64,000 bases of DNA from Planctomycetota bacterium (GCA_965248445.1 CBDFJG010000003.1:1312001-1376000), one strand, 5' to 3'. Positions 1-11,622 are shown, counted from the first letter of the stretch. Program-made: numbers and translations. Notes: generated by a model not told the origin, from the letters alone.

Positions 1-756
1 CGGTTCCACGTGCCGTTCGGCGACCGCGGCGACCTCGCGTTCACGTGCGGCGGTGAACTGGGAGGCACCGACGCCGCCGGGTTTCGCGTGTACGACCGGT
101 TTCACGCGGCGTCGCCCGATCGGAGCCAGCTCGTGGCCGTGTTCAACTCCCGGACGGGCGCATTCGTGGGTGCTGTCGTGGGGTCCGCCCTCGGCGCGCT
201 GCGGACCGGCGCGATCGGTGGCACTGCAGTTCGCGCCATGTCCCGTCCCGAATCCCAGCGGCTGGCCGTGATCGGCACCGGTACGCAAGCACGCACGCAG
301 ATACTGGCGGCAGCCTACGTACGCGAAGTCACCGACGTGCGCGTCTTCGGGCGGGATCCCACGCGACGGGCGCAGTTCTGCGAGGCGCTCTCGGTGGAGA
401 CGGGCCTCGCCGTGAACCCGGCGGCGAGCGCGCGCGCAGCGATTGGCGGAGCCGACATCGTGATCACGGCGACGAACAGCGGCGAGCCGGTGATCGACCC
501 CGAGTGGCCGGTGGAACTGGCCGACCGTGCGGCGAGCATCGTCTCGGATGCACCCGGCCAGCTGGCGGCCTACGGCGACACGTTCCTCCTCGCGGGCCAC
601 CCCGCTCTCGGCCGGCTGCGCGCACTGAGTGAGATCGTCGCGGATCCCCGCGGGCTCGGACGGCGCGGCGACGATCTCAGCCTGTTCATCTCGACCGGGC
701 TCGCAGGCACCGAGGTCCTCGTCGCAGAGGCGCTCCTGCGCGTCGACGTCCCCTAG
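1..756 (+). CDS. Ornithine cyclodeaminase/mu-crystallin family protein (5' end probably outside the window)
   Basis: LRTGAIGG motif, Rossmann motif VIGTGTQA, ADIVITAT, C-terminal STGLAGTEV. Confidence 0.8.
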   Translation, partial: RFHVPFGDRGDLAFTCGGELGGTDAAGFRVYDRFHAASPDRSQLVAVFNSRTGAFVGAVVGSALGALRTGAIGGTAVRAMSRPESQRLAVIGTGTQARTQILAAAYVREVTDVRVFGRDPTRRAQFCEALSVETGLAVNPAASARAAIGGADIVITATNSGEPVIDPEWPVELADRAASIVSDAPGQLAAYGDTFLLAGHPALGRLRALSEIVADPRGLGRRGDDLSLFISTGLAGTEVLVAEALLRVDVP

Positions 757-766
757 CGCGAGACGG

Positions 767-1495
767 CTAGCGCGCGAACAGGGCGTCGGCGGCGCGCAGC
801 GTGTAGGGCGGCTGGTCCGTCGCCCGCTGTCCGTAGATCCCGAACAGGCGGTATCCGGAAGGTGCCAGCGCTTCCACGACCCGGTCGATGTGCACCAGGC
901 GGGGGCGGTCGGCCGAGAACCCGACCTCGACGGCGATGAAGTCGATGCGTCTCGCCTCGAGGAGCGGCCGTGCGCCTTCGATCACGGCGATCTCGTGCCC
1001 CTCGGTGTCCGTCTTCACGAACTCGGCGTGCTGGATCCCGGTGCGGTCGAAGAACTCGGTGAGCGTGGTGCGCTCGACCTCCTCTGCGCACCCGGCCCGA
1101 GCGTCCTCCTCGATCCGGCTCTTGACGCTCCGCGACGCCACGTGCATGACGGCCGTCCCACGGCGATCGCTGATCGCGAGATTGTGGCACGTGACACGCT
1201 GTCCCTTGACCGCGCCGCAGAGGCGGTCGTAGGTGGCCCGCACCGGCTCCACCGAGTGGATCAGGGCAGCCGGAAAGTGGTGGCGGAACGCGAGCGCAGA
1301 CTGACCGACGTTCGCACCGACGTCGACGATGGTCCGCGGCTCGCCGCCGTAGCGCCGCAGATCGTCGAGCAAATCCAGCCCGTGCGGGGCGCGGCGGAGG
1401 ACGCGCACCCCGGTCGCTCTGGTGATCCAGCGGTTGATCCGTCGCAGCATGAACCCGTGCTGCGAGACCGTACGGCGCCCATTCGACGCCGTCAC
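767..1495 (-). CDS. FkbM family methyltransferase (alternative start ATG 1450)
   Basis: IVDVGANVG, SVEP and FVKTDTEGHE motifs typical of FkbM/Methyltransf_21. Confidence 0.9.
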   Translation of the reverse strand: MTASNGRRTVSQHGFMLRRINRWITRATGVRVLRRAPHGLDLLDDLRRYGGEPRTIVDVGANVGQSALAFRHHFPAALIHSVEPVRATYDRLCGAVKGQRVTCHNLAISDRRGTAVMHVASRSVKSRIEEDARAGCAEEVERTTLTEFFDRTGIQHAEFVKTDTEGHEIAVIEGARPLLEARRIDFIAVEVGFSADRPRLVHIDRVVEALAPSGYRLFGIYGQRATDQPPYTLRAADALFAR

Positions 1496-1846
1496 GCCAT
1501 GCCGGACCGACCCGCCGCTCAGCCCGGCCGTTCAGCCGGCACAGGATCCGACAGACGGGCGACGTCGTATCCGACGTGCCATGGCGCACACGGCTTTCCG
1601 CCGTGGCCTCCCAGAGCGAGTCCGCCAGCTTTCGCCACGGCCAGGCGAGTGGGCGGCTTCGCGGGCTACGATCCCGCCTTGGCGCATCGTCCGAACAGGC
1701 TCAAGCTCAGGCTCCGTGCGGCGTATTCCGGCGTCCGATCCGCCTGATCGGCCAACGAGCCTGTCCCGTGAAACTGACGGCTCGTGGATTCGTCATGGAG
1801 CGACGGAACAGCGCGTGTCACACAGAATCCCGTCTACTATTCCGCC

Positions 1847-4800
1847 ATGGGATCGGGGATGCGCCGCCTCTTCGTCGGATTCAGCCTCGCGGCCGTCTCT
1901 GTATCCGCCATGAGCGGCGGTACCGCGGCGGAAGCGCAGGAGGCCCGCCGTCCGGCCGTGCGGTGCCCGCCGACCGAGGGCGTGATCCGGGTGGACGGGC
2001 GGCTCGACGAGTGGTCTGCCTCCGCCATGCTCACGCTCGGTGAAGCGCAGCTGGTCCGGCGCGACCCACAGTACTTCGGACCCGGGGACCTCTCCGGTGA
2101 GATCTTCGTCGCCCGGGACGCCACGTCTCTCTACGTGGCCGGCCGGATCAAGGACGACACGCTGTTCTGGAACGCGCGGACGTCGTTCCGGGGGGACGGT
2201 GTCGAGCTGTTCCTCGACTTCCACCCGGACCCGGACAGCAGGGCTCCTGACGACGGCTACGACGGGCACACCCACCAGCTCCTCCTGCACCCGCTCGCGC
2301 CGGAGGTGAAGTGGAACTTCGGCGCTCTGTCGGGACGGATCTCACGACCGGATGATCCCGTCGACGGTCTCGAACTGGCGGCCCTGCCGATGCGGGACGA
2401 GAAGGACGCGACCGTCGGCTACACGTTCGAGCTGGCGCTTCCCCTCCACAACCTGACGGATGAGACGCTCACCGACGGCCGCGTGCTCGGGTTCGACGTG
2501 GCGCTCTCCGACTCCGACGGCCTGCCCGAGCAGAAGAACTACGCCACCTGGAGCGGCAACGAGCAGCTCTCGCAGTTTCCGGCCCGGTTCGGGCGCCTGG
2601 TCCTCGGCGAGGACCCAGCCGCTCCCGCGCAACCGGGTCACCAACGCGGGTCGCAGGCCGCCCCGCTCGCCATCCTGCTCGCGATCCTCGGCGCGCTGCT
2701 CTTCGCCTGGCTGGCGCGCCTCGGCACACCGGGCGGCCGCCGTCTCGCGGGGATTTTGGATGCCGTGCGGCGGGTCCGTCTCCGCACGAAGCTGATCGCC
2801 GGCGCCGTGCTGGTCGGATTGCTGCTGGTCACCCACTTCGGCGCGGGGTGGCTGGAACGGCGCCTGACACGCAGCGAGGTCGAGACGCGGCGCCTACTCG
2901 CGGCGGATGTGCTCTCCGCGGCGCGCGAGGCCGGGCGACTACGGCTGCTCGAACCGGACCCGCCCGAGGAGCCGGCACCGCTGATCTCGCTGCTCTCCGG
3001 ACGCACGCTCGCCCCGCCGGTCGACTACGACTTCACACTGCTGCCTCCGCAGGAGGAAGTGCCCCACCAGACTCTCGACGGCATCCCATACATGCGTCGC
3101 GACGTGCCCGTCATGACGCGATACACCGGTCAGTTCCTCGTGCACCCCCCGGCGCGGGCGCAACGCGCCACCGTGGTCTACTCGTACCGGCTGGACGATC
3201 CCGCGACGCGACCCGAGCCGGACACGGTCGTCGCGGAGTTTCGTTTCGTGCATCGGGACGGTCGCGTCCCGCCTCCGACGCTGCTGCGATTCGGGCGCCA
3301 GGTGGATGCATTCGATGACGCCGTCAGCACCGCGGGCGCAACGGCACCGAACGCCCCGGAGGCCCGCGTGGCGATTGCCTGGGAGGCCGACGACGGCGCT
3401 GCGCGCCACGCACTCTCTCTCGACGTCGAATTGCCGAGCGGAGAGAACCTGGCGCCCCTCGTGCGCATCGAGGTCGAGCCACGGGGCGCCGCCGGAACGC
3501 TGGTCATTCACGGCGTTGCCGTGCTCGAAGATTCAGCCGCCCCACCACGACCGCTGTCGCTCGGCCGCGCGACGCGGGCCGGCACGCCGACGGCCGCTGG
3601 GCCGTTCCCCGGCGACGGCGCAGTGCTCGAGATGTCCCGCGACGCCGACTGGCACGTGCTACGCGACCTCGACATCCGCGCCGACGCACTCTGGATCGTG
3701 ACGGGGCTGCGGCGAGAGTTCGCGCGGCATCGCTACCGGGCGCGCGTTGCGATTGTCGACATCGTGCTCGACGACGGCTCGGTGGAGGGTCCGTTCGCGC
3801 TCGAGAACGGTGTGTCGATCGACGCCGAGACAGCGCCGGCGCGCCAGCACGTGGACGGGTACAGAGGGGAGGTCGCGTACGAGTGGGGCGTGCCCGGCGA
3901 GTCCCGGAGACACGCAGACGTCGTCGCGCTGCCCTTCCAGAAGACGGGTCGCCGCATCCGCGAAGTCCAGCTGCAATTCACGGGTGAGGACGAAGTCGTG
4001 CGCGTGTTCGCGATCACTGCGGGCGCCGTGCGGCCGCGTGCAGACGAGGATGATGCGTCCCGCGCACACCTCGAGCGCACCGATGCGGGATACCGCATCC
4101 CCGAGCAGAGCCTCGCGCCGTTGGCAGATAGCGTCTTCACGCTGTTCCGCAACGGCGAGGCGGTCGCAACGACACGCCCCGGTGCGTCGCGCGACCGTGT
4201 GCTCGCCCGCCGGCTCAGCGCCGAGATCATCGAGGAGATCGGAGGCAACGACCAGGGCGTTGTGCGCACGCGTGTCGTCGACAAGCGGACCCAACACTCG
4301 CTTCTCGTCCCGGTTCGCGGCGGTCCGATGGGCGAGGTCCTCGAACTGACGTGGCCGAGCGAGGTCGAGACCCAGCTGGCCGGGATGCTGACGCTCGTGC
4401 GCGGCGTGCTGCTGGCTTTGCTCGTGCCGCTCCTGGTGCTGCTCGCGTCGGATCTGCTGCTCCTGGTCGCGTCGCTGCACGCGCGACTCGTGCTCGCAGT
4501 CGCGACGACCGCGGCGATTCCGATCGTGCTCGCGGCGTTCGCCGTGCCGCAATTCGTGGAGACGAAGATCGAGGGCGCGGAGTCCGACGCGGTGATCGAG
4601 AAGGCGCAGGCCGTGCGAAGGCGCCTCTCCTCTCTGCGCTCACTGGCGCGTACGCAGGCCGAGGCCGTCATGCGCGACGAGGCGCTGGCCGAGGCGTTGC
4701 GGAGACGGGGAGACGAGGACTTCCGGCCCGCCGTAGCGGCGGCGCTGCGCGACGCGGAACGCCAAGTCGCCGCCGCCGTCGGATTCGAGGCGCGCCTCGC

Positions 4801-7522
4801 CATCGAGGTCGCGCCGCTTTCCGAGGGACCGGACGAGCCGGTGGTGATCCCGGACGGCGCGAAGTGGACCGTGTTCAACAGCCCGATCGTCAACATGACC
4901 AATCCGCTGGCGTACAGGCGCGGGCGCCTGCTGGCAACGGGCGTCGCGAAGACGAATCTCGACGTCGCGGGCGACTGGCGCGCGACGCTCGTCGTCGAAG
5001 TCCCCCTCGGGCGCACGGCAATCGAGGAGGCGGCGCGTGCCGCCGGGGGCCGGACCCAGGCGATGCTCTACACGCCCCGGGGGTATCCGCTCGCGGGCAC
5101 ACTCGAGATGCGCAGCGAGCGCGCTCCGCAGGAGATGGAACGCAAGCGCGACCTGTTGCGCCAGGTGCTCGCGGCACGGCGCCCGATTGCGCTGCCGCTG
5201 ACTCTCGAGGGCTCGAGCTACACGGTCGCGTACGACGTGTTGCGCGAGGGCAACGACCCGGTGTGCATCGTCGCAACGGCGCTGCCTCGCGCCGAGACAG
5301 ATGAACTGATCGGCCGCGTCCAGGGAGTCTCGCTGCTCGTGTTCGGCGCCGGGATCCTCATGCAGTTTCTGCTGACGGGACTCGTGGTGGGCAGCACGTC
5401 GGGTCACTTCCGCCGCACGCTGGGACGTGCACGCCTCGCGGCACCGGATTCGGATGTCCATGTAGCAGACGAACTGGGCGTGCTCGACGGGGCCTTGCGC
5501 GATCTGCGCCGCGACCGCGACCTCTACCGCGGCGAGTTGCAGGGATTGCACGACGCCACCGCCAGCCTCGGAGACGCGCGCGGTCCGGCGGACGCCGTCG
5601 AGCGCGCGCTCAGCGTTGTCAAGACGACGCTGACACCGTGGGGCGCCGTGCTCATCGGGCCCGCCGAGTCCGGCGCGACCTGGATACTCGGCGGTCACCA
5701 CGGCGAGATGGAGATCGCGCCGGGTGCTCCTCCGAGCGCCGCGCTCGACTTGCTGGAAGCGACTCTGCACGGCGGAGCTCCCACGGAACTCGACCTGCAG
5801 GACAGCGAGGAGTTCGACGCGGAGTTGCTGGCGCCCCTCTTCGGCGGCGCCCGCCGCGTGAGCGCCTATCCGCTCGCAGCGGACGGACCCGGCGCTCTCG
5901 TGCTGCTCGAACAGTCCGAGGGCCGCGCCCCGCGCCGACACCATGCCGAGTTCGCAGCCGCCCTGGCGCGGCACGCCGGCCTCGCACTGCGAAGTGCGCG
6001 GCTAGTTCGCATGGCGGTACACGACCTCGACACGGGCGCGTACGTCGCGAACTACTTCGACCGGCGTCTGGCAGAGGAGGTCGACCGCTCGTCGGCGACG
6101 CGCCACCCGATCGCGCTGTTGCTCGTCCGCGTGGAGGGCCTCGGCGAAGGCGCCACCGGACGCCGCCGGCGACGCATGGTCGCTGACGTGCTGCGCGAGC
6201 GCTCGCCCGGCCGCGCCTTCGTCGGTGTTCGCGACGGCGGGGTGCTCGCCGTGGCGATCCCCGAGAGCGACCGCGAGGCGGCCGAAGCGCTCGCCCGCGA
6301 CGTGACGCGCACCGCCGCCGGCCGCGGACTCGCCGACGCGCGGCTGTTCATGGGCAGCGCCGCGTGCCCGGAGGACGCCGGCAGCGCCGAGTTCCTCTTC
6401 ACCGAGGCCCGCAAGCGGCTCAGCGAGGCAGTCTCCGGCCCGGCCGAGTCCGGACGCAGATCCGACCGCCGGCGACGGCTGATCGAGGACGCGCTCGCAC
6501 TCGGCGTCGTGTTCCGTAGCGAGAAGGGCATCCAACTCCTGGAGACGATCGAGCGAATTGCTGGCAGCGACCTGACGATCCTGATCGAGGGCGAAACCGG
6601 CACGGGCAAGGAGATCGTCGCCGAACTGACCCACCGCAAGAGCCCGCGCGCGGGGCGGCCGCTGGTGAAAGTCAACTGCGCCGCGATCCCCGAGTCGCTG
6701 CTCGAGAGCGAGCTGTTCGGTTACGAGCCGGGCGCGTTCACCGGTGCGGAGCGCCGCAAGCCGGGACGCTTCGAGCTCGCCGACGGCGGAACGCTGTTCC
6801 TCGATGAGGTCGGAGAGATGTCACGGGCCGTGCAGGTGAAGCTGCTGCGCGTGCTCGAGGACCGCGCCGTCGAACCGCTCGGCGGAACGCGGCCGCTACC
6901 AGTGGACGTGCGCATCGTCGTGGCAACCAATCGCGATCTCCGCTCCGAGGTGGCTGCGGGCCGTTTCCGCGAGGACCTGTTCTACCGTCTCAACGCTGTG
7001 TCGGTCGTCATCCCGCCGCTGCGCGCGCGCAAGGACGACATTCCGGCGCTGGCGGGTGAGTTCTTGCGCCGTGCCGCCGAGGCGGCGGGCCGCGCCGTGC
7101 CGACAATTGCGCCCGATGCGATGGACCTCCTGTTCCGTCACCCGTGGCCCGGCAACGTGCGCGAACTGCGCAACGCAATCGATCAGGCAGTCGTTCTGTC
7201 GCCGGACGACACGCTGCGCGCACGCGACCTGACACCGGCTATCGGCGCTGCGCGGACCCGGCGCGGCGAGTCCCCGATCACACCCGGCGGGCTGTTCCCG
7301 CGTCCTGCGGCACCGCGCGCAGGTGCGGGTGGCGGGCTGACGGACCGTCAGCGCCGCTTGCTCGCCCTTCTCGCCGAGCGCGACATCCTCACGAACGGCG
7401 AGTACTGCGCGATCGTCAAGGTGTCGACGCGGACCGGCCTGCGCGACCTGCAAGACCTGCTGCGTCGAGGCCTGATCGTGATGGAAGGCAAACGCCGCGG
7501 CGCTCGCTATCGGCTCGCTTAG
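1847..7522 (+). CDS. Giant membrane-anchored sigma-54-dependent activator: signal peptide, CBM9/DOMON-like domain, about 5 TM helices, extracytoplasmic and Cache-like domains, HAMP, GAF, degenerate GGDEF, AAA+ and winged HTH
   Basis: GETGTGKE Walker A, GAFTGA loop, [16 protein letters not shown] and WPGNVREL. N-terminal [27 protein letters not shown]. Start placed at ATG 1847, 6 nt after TACTAT; ATG 1859 is an alternative. Confidence 0.9.
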   Translation: MGSGMRRLFVGFSLAAVSVSAMSGGTAAEAQEARRPAVRCPPTEGVIRVDGRLDEWSASAMLTLGEAQLVRRDPQYFGPGDLSGEIFVARDATSLYVAGRIKDDTLFWNARTSFRGDGVELFLDFHPDPDSRAPDDGYDGHTHQLLLHPLAPEVKWNFGALSGRISRPDDPVDGLELAALPMRDEKDATVGYTFELALPLHNLTDETLTDGRVLGFDVALSDSDGLPEQKNYATWSGNEQLSQFPARFGRLVLGEDPAAPAQPGHQRGSQAAPLAILLAILGALLFAWLARLGTPGGRRLAGILDAVRRVRLRTKLIAGAVLVGLLLVTHFGAGWLERRLTRSEVETRRLLAADVLSAAREAGRLRLLEPDPPEEPAPLISLLSGRTLAPPVDYDFTLLPPQEEVPHQTLDGIPYMRRDVPVMTRYTGQFLVHPPARAQRATVVYSYRLDDPATRPEPDTVVAEFRFVHRDGRVPPPTLLRFGRQVDAFDDAVSTAGATAPNAPEARVAIAWEADDGAARHALSLDVELPSGENLAPLVRIEVEPRGAAGTLVIHGVAVLEDSAAPPRPLSLGRATRAGTPTAAGPFPGDGAVLEMSRDADWHVLRDLDIRADALWIVTGLRREFARHRYRARVAIVDIVLDDGSVEGPFALENGVSIDAETAPARQHVDGYRGEVAYEWGVPGESRRHADVVALPFQKTGRRIREVQLQFTGEDEVVRVFAITAGAVRPRADEDDASRAHLERTDAGYRIPEQSLAPLADSVFTLFRNGEAVATTRPGASRDRVLARRLSAEIIEEIGGNDQGVVRTRVVDKRTQHSLLVPVRGGPMGEVLELTWPSEVETQLAGMLTLVRGVLLALLVPLLVLLASDLLLLVASLHARLVLAVATTAAIPIVLAAFAVPQFVETKIEGAESDAVIEKAQAVRRRLSSLRSLARTQAEAVMRDEALAEALRRRGDEDFRPAVAAALRDAERQVAAAVGFEARLAIEVAPLSEGPDEPVVIPDGAKWTVFNSPIVNMTNPLAYRRGRLLATGVAKTNLDVAGDWRATLVVEVPLGRTAIEEAARAAGGRTQAMLYTPRGYPLAGTLEMRSERAPQEMERKRDLLRQVLAARRPIALPLTLEGSSYTVAYDVLREGNDPVCIVATALPRAETDELIGRVQGVSLLVFGAGILMQFLLTGLVVGSTSGHFRRTLGRARLAAPDSDVHVADELGVLDGALRDLRRDRDLYRGELQGLHDATASLGDARGPADAVERALSVVKTTLTPWGAVLIGPAESGATWILGGHHGEMEIAPGAPPSAALDLLEATLHGGAPTELDLQDSEEFDAELLAPLFGGARRVSAYPLAADGPGALVLLEQSEGRAPRRHHAEFAAALARHAGLALRSARLVRMAVHDLDTGAYVANYFDRRLAEEVDRSSATRHPIALLLVRVEGLGEGATGRRRRRMVADVLRERSPGRAFVGVRDGGVLAVAIPESDREAAEALARDVTRTAAGRGLADARLFMGSAACPEDAGSAEFLFTEARKRLSEAVSGPAESGRRSDRRRRLIEDALALGVVFRSEKGIQLLETIERIAGSDLTILIEGETGTGKEIVAELTHRKSPRAGRPLVKVNCAAIPESLLESELFGYEPGAFTGAERRKPGRFELADGGTLFLDEVGEMSRAVQVKLLRVLEDRAVEPLGGTRPLPVDVRIVVATNRDLRSEVAAGRFREDLFYRLNAVSVVIPPLRARKDDIPALAGEFLRRAAEAAGRAVPTIAPDAMDLLFRHPWPGNVRELRNAIDQAVVLSPDDTLRARDLTPAIGAARTRRGESPITPGGLFPRPAAPRAGAGGGLTDRQRRLLALLAERDILTNGEYCAIVKVSTRTGLRDLQDLLRRGLIVMEGKRRGARYRLA

Positions 7523-7526
7523 CACG

Positions 7527-7649
7527 GCACTCGAATCGCGAAGCGATCCTCGCGCCGTGCGTCGCTCGCATGTCCCCCCCTACGCGTCCTCCGGACGCTA
7601 CGGAGGGCTGCGGTCACGGTGCTTGCTGCGCAACCCCCGCGCCCTCGCG
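7527..7649 (+). repeat. Dispersed structured intergenic repeat, copy A
   Basis: Aligns by eye with the reverse complement of 56842-56978; contains several short hairpins. Confidence 0.85.
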
Positions 7650-7706
7650 TTCGCTACGTCGGCAACGGACCGGGCTGCGCGGGGGCGGGCATCACTAGCC
7701 TCGGGG

Positions 7707-8924
7707 CTACTCGCTCTTCGGGGCGGCGACGCGGTCGAGTTCGGCGGGCGGCAGGATCAGGCGTCCCTCGCCGGGGTGCAGGATCGTGAACGTCACGAAG
7801 ATCACGAGCTCTGTCTTCTGTTCACGTTCGGTCGTCGAGCCGAACAGGCTCCCGATCAGTGGGATGTCCTTGAGCAACGGGATGCCCTTGCGTTCGGACA
7901 GTTTCTGCGTCTGCTGAAGCCCGCTGATGACGACGGTCTCGCCGTCCGGGATCATCACCACCGTCTTCGCGTTGCGCGTCGAGATCACCGGGTTGATCAC
8001 GTCGCGTTCGGTCGACGTGCTGGTGATGCGGAACTCGGAGACGCGCGAGACCTCGGGCTCGATCGAGGCGCGGACGACGTCCCTCCCGATCTGCAGCGGC
8101 ATCACACGAAGCGTGAGACCCAGGTCCTCGAACTTCGTCGCGGCAACGACGTTCGTACCCGAGAGCGTCTGAGTGACGATCGGCTCGCGCTCGCCGACGT
8201 TGATCGTGGCCACTTCACCGATTGACGCAACGATGCTGGGCATCGACAGCACTTCGGCCTTCGCACCGGAAGCGCCGAGCTGCAGCACGTAGTCGAACTT
8301 CACGAACTTGTCGGCGCTGCCGAGCGCCAGCGTCGAGGCCACGTCCACGCCGATCTGGTTCGCGAACACCGCGTCGAAGCGCTTGAAGAACAGGTCGCCC
8401 ACCGGGCGGTCGGTGCGAACATTGGAACTTTCGATACCGATGCGCAGCTGGTCGTCGAGAGTGATCTCGACGATCTTCGCCTCGACGTGCACCTGCGGCG
8501 GCGGCACGTCGATCATGGCCAGCACCTTCTCGAGGATCGGCCAGTTGTCGACGTGCTCTTCGATCCGCAGCGTCGTCTGGGCGAGCACGGTGGTCTTGTC
8601 GACCGGGACCCTGTTGTGGTCGCTCTCCTTGCGGAACTTCACGGGGGCGCCCATGAGGACGACGGTTGCCGGCTTCGTCTTCCACTTCGTGAGCTCGTCG
8701 ATCACCAGTTTCGGGTCGACGGCGTTGACGCGGTGAAAGCGGATCTCCATCCCGTCGGGCTTTCGAATGGTCGTGGCGTTCACGAACTCGAGGGCGCGCT
8801 CCGGCTCAGCGCCGTCCGGCTCTTCGTCGCCCACTGCGGGCGGGTCCTCCGCACGGGCGGTGGGCGGTGCCGGCATGGCGAGAGCCAAGCAGACGACGAG
8901 GAGAGAGCGTGCCGTGAGTCTCAA
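7707..8924 (-). CDS. Type II/III secretion-type secretin (GspD/PilQ-like, short N-domain)
   Basis: IDVPPPQVHVEAKIVE, VLSMPSI, TVVMIPDGETVVISGL, GIPLLKDIPLIGSLF, KTELVIFVT; signal peptide. Confidence 0.92.
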   Translation of the reverse strand: MRLTARSLLVVCLALAMPAPPTARAEDPPAVGDEEPDGAEPERALEFVNATTIRKPDGMEIRFHRVNAVDPKLVIDELTKWKTKPATVVLMGAPVKFRKESDHNRVPVDKTTVLAQTTLRIEEHVDNWPILEKVLAMIDVPPPQVHVEAKIVEITLDDQLRIGIESSNVRTDRPVGDLFFKRFDAVFANQIGVDVASTLALGSADKFVKFDYVLQLGASGAKAEVLSMPSIVASIGEVATINVGEREPIVTQTLSGTNVVAATKFEDLGLTLRVMPLQIGRDVVRASIEPEVSRVSEFRITSTSTERDVINPVISTRNAKTVVMIPDGETVVISGLQQTQKLSERKGIPLLKDIPLIGSLFGSTTEREQKTELVIFVTFTILHPGEGRLILPPAELDRVAAPKSE

Positions 8925-8966
8925 CCGGGTCCTCCGCAGGTCCCAACCGACTAGAGAAGTCTGCGA

Positions 8967-9425
8967 CTAGAGCTTCTGGATGACCGCGTCGGTGATGTCC
9001 GGGACGTCGTCCACGTTCTCCACCGCGCCCTTGCGGGCGACCAGGTCGTACTTGCCGGCGCGGGCGGCCTTCTTGACCGCAGCGACGAACCGGCGACTGG
9101 CCTTGTTCATCAGGAGCTGGTACTTCGCGTCGTCGGGCCCGAGTCCCTCGGCCAGGATCTGCTTGTACTCCGGTATTTCGGCATAGACGGCGTCGGCATC
9201 CACCTCGGCCGGCTTCTTCCAGTGGGCGGCGTCGCCGTAATACACGGCGGATGCCTCCACGCTGGGCTTCGGCTTCTTCTCGACGTCGCCGGCCTCGACC
9301 GGCTCGTCCGCGCGTGCGGGTGCCGGGGGGGCCAGGGGCAAGAGGAGGATGGCTGCGGAGAGCGCCAGAGGGAGCGACAGCCGTCGTCCGCCTGCCGGGA
9401 TGCGGGAAGTGAATCCGTCTCGCAT
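8967..9425 (-). CDS. Small secreted protein, weakly OmpH/Skp-like C-terminus
   Basis: GGAGG RBS before ATG 9425, signal peptide ending ARA, VKKAARAGKYDLV..DITDAVIQKL tail. Confidence 0.65.
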   Translation of the reverse strand: MRDGFTSRIPAGGRRLSLPLALSAAILLLPLAPPAPARADEPVEAGDVEKKPKPSVEASAVYYGDAAHWKKPAEVDADAVYAEIPEYKQILAEGLGPDDAKYQLLMNKASRRFVAAVKKAARAGKYDLVARKGAVENVDDVPDITDAVIQKL

Positions 9426-9517
9426 CTCACCCTCCTGCCGTTCGCACCGATCCGCTGCGTCCTTCGCGGCGGACATCCGTGATCCATTGGACGGCCCGAC
9501 CGTCCGCTGGATCCCAC

Positions 9518-9532
9518 GCTCATTGCGTGCCG
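9518..9532 (-). promoter_or_regulatory. Candidate sigma-54 -24/-12 promoter for the secretin operon
   Basis: Minus strand CGGCACGCAATGAGC is GG-N10-GC with a GGCACG core, ~90 bp upstream of ATG 9425; the -12 element deviates from TTGC. Confidence 0.45.
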
Positions 9533-9742
9533 TGGCGCAAATCGGCGTGTCCAAATGCGAGGATACTCACAACCTCAAGTGAAATAGGGGCTTAGGGCGG
9601 TTTCCGCCTCGGCGGGATTCCGCCGCGAATCGGCTGTGGTTATCCGCCGTCGCGGCAATGGCGCGATCGACAGCAGCGCGGTGGCGGAATCGGACCGCGC
9701 ACCGGCGCGATCCCCGGTGGGCCCATCGAGTAGCCTCCCGCG

Positions 9743-11479
9743 GTGACCGAGCGCGCACCGCCGCCGCCCCCGGAGGACAGCCAGCACGGTGACAGCCAAC
9801 CCGGCGACGACCCGCCGTCGGAGGAGGTCACCACCGCGGAGTCGCGGCCCGGCGAAGCGGCATCGGATCAGCCGGCACCGGAGTCCCCGGACACACCGAC
9901 GGCACCTGACACACCGACGGGACGAGCCCGCGCGTGGTTGAGGGCCCGGCACGAGGTGCTCTGGCTGTTCCTGCTCGCGCTGGCCGTCCGCGCGCTCGCC
10001 GCCGCGTTCTCGCAGACCCTCCCGCGGGACGCCGTCGGCCTCTTGGATGCCGCACGGGCGATCGCGTCGCGGGGAGCCGCGGCGATCTTCGAGCTGCCGC
10101 TGCACCCGCTGTCCCCAGCGGCGATCGCGGCGGCCGGCACGTGGGTGGACGAAGAGATGGCCGCGACAGCTCTGGCCGTCGTCTGCGGCGCCCTCGCCGT
10201 GTGGCCACTGCACGCGCTGGCACGGCGGGCCGTCGGACGCCACGCCGCGGGAGCTGCCTGCTTGCTCTACGTCGCTCTGCCCAAGGCGGTCCAGCTCAGT
10301 GCCGTGCCGATGACCGAGGCGTTGCTGCTTCCGGCGTTCCTGTCGTCGCTGGCGTTCGCTGCGTGGGCCTGCCAGGGCACGACGCGCGGCGCCCGGCGGG
10401 CTAGTGCGGCCGGTCTCTTGGCGGCAGTCGCGTACCTCATCCGGCCGGAAGGCCTGATCGCCGCCGCGGTGGCCGGGACCGCTCTCCTACTCGCCCGCGG
10501 CCGCCGCGTGCGTCGGGTGGTCGCTTTCACGCTCGTGTTCCTGCTGGTAGCGGCTCCCTACGCCGTCGGTCTGTCCCGCGACCGGGGACGTCTGACGCTC
10601 AGCCCGAAGAAGGACGTCGCACGCTTCGTCGGTGTGGACGGCACGCGTCCGACGCGTGCCGCGGTTCCCGTCCCCTCCGACGCGCGACTGGCGACCACAG
10701 CGGCTGAAGCGATCGGCGGGACGGCGTCCGCACTCGAGGGCGCGCTCACGCTGCCCGTGCTGCTGCTCGCGCTGGCGGGGCTGCTCACGCCGCGGGGTTG
10801 GCGGCGGCGGCACTCCCGGCTGGGCCGTGCGTTCACCGCGGGTACGGCACTGGTCCTCGTCGCCCTCGTCGTGCGACTGCAATTCGGGTGGGGCTACGGC
10901 GGAGGGCGGCACCTGATCACCGCGGGCGTGCTGCTGCTGCCATACGCAGGCGCCGGGTTGTTCGTCCTCGCCCGGATGTTCCCGCGCGTGCGCTCCCGCC
11001 GCCGCTTCGCGTTGTTCGTCGCACTGATCATCGCGATCCCGCTCGCAGCGCGTGCGGTCCTCCGCTCACCAGGGCAGGGCGGTCTCTCGGTGGAGCGCCT
11101 CGGAGCGGAAGTGGCGCGCGCGTCGCAGGGCGACCGCGAACTCGTCGTCGCCAGTGTGGCCGAACCCCGCGTTGCGTACTACGCGCGACAACACACGGCG
11201 CTCGGCGTCACCGTCAGCGACCTCCCGCTGTTCGGACCCTATGTGGACCCGCTCGAACGGGGCGCGCCGCTCAAGGTCGTGAGCGAGCAGCTCAGCAACG
11301 CGCTCGTCGAACGTCGCGCGGACTGGATCGTGCTCGATCTCTGGCGCACGCGCCGCGGCGAGAACGGTCCGGAGCATCCGCACCGCGCGCTCTACGAAGA
11401 ACTCCTCCAGCGCGGCCGGATCGAGCGGCGTGCGCTGCCCTCGGGCACCGGCCTCGCCGCGTACCGCGTCCTGCGCTAA
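9743..11479 (+). CDS. Polytopic membrane glycosyltransferase (GT-C, ArnT/PMT-like)
   Basis: Many TM helices with RD in loop 1, HPL, MTE and YLIRPEG motifs. Confidence 0.7.
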   Translation: MTERAPPPPPEDSQHGDSQPGDDPPSEEVTTAESRPGEAASDQPAPESPDTPTAPDTPTGRARAWLRARHEVLWLFLLALAVRALAAAFSQTLPRDAVGLLDAARAIASRGAAAIFELPLHPLSPAAIAAAGTWVDEEMAATALAVVCGALAVWPLHALARRAVGRHAAGAACLLYVALPKAVQLSAVPMTEALLLPAFLSSLAFAAWACQGTTRGARRASAAGLLAAVAYLIRPEGLIAAAVAGTALLLARGRRVRRVVAFTLVFLLVAAPYAVGLSRDRGRLTLSPKKDVARFVGVDGTRPTRAAVPVPSDARLATTAAEAIGGTASALEGALTLPVLLLALAGLLTPRGWRRRHSRLGRAFTAGTALVLVALVVRLQFGWGYGGGRHLITAGVLLLPYAGAGLFVLARMFPRVRSRRRFALFVALIIAIPLAARAVLRSPGQGGLSVERLGAEVARASQGDRELVVASVAEPRVAYYARQHTALGVTVSDLPLFGPYVDPLERGAPLKVVSEQLSNALVERRADWIVLDLWRTRRGENGPEHPHRALYEELLQRGRIERRALPSGTGLAAYRVLR

Positions 11480-11622
11480 CGCAGCCGCTGAGGATTCGGT
11501 CGCGCCCGGGGTGGTATCGTGCCGAACGGCTGACGACGCCGCGGAGGGGGTCCGCTGCGGGAACCGCGGCCGAGCGGTGTTCAGGCAGGCGACGGGATGC
11601 CTGCACAAAGGAGGGACACACC

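Noticed and set aside
1567..1581. Sigma-54 promoter TGGCACGTCGGATAC on the minus strand before the FkbM gene (and TGGCACGCCAGTAGA near 63707)
   Set aside because: Good -24 element, but the invariant -12 GC is missing.
9888..9921. Short tandem repeat GACACACCGACGG twice (and GGCCTC three times near 45060)
   Set aside because: Simple coding low-complexity (PDTPT, EAEAEA); not an array.
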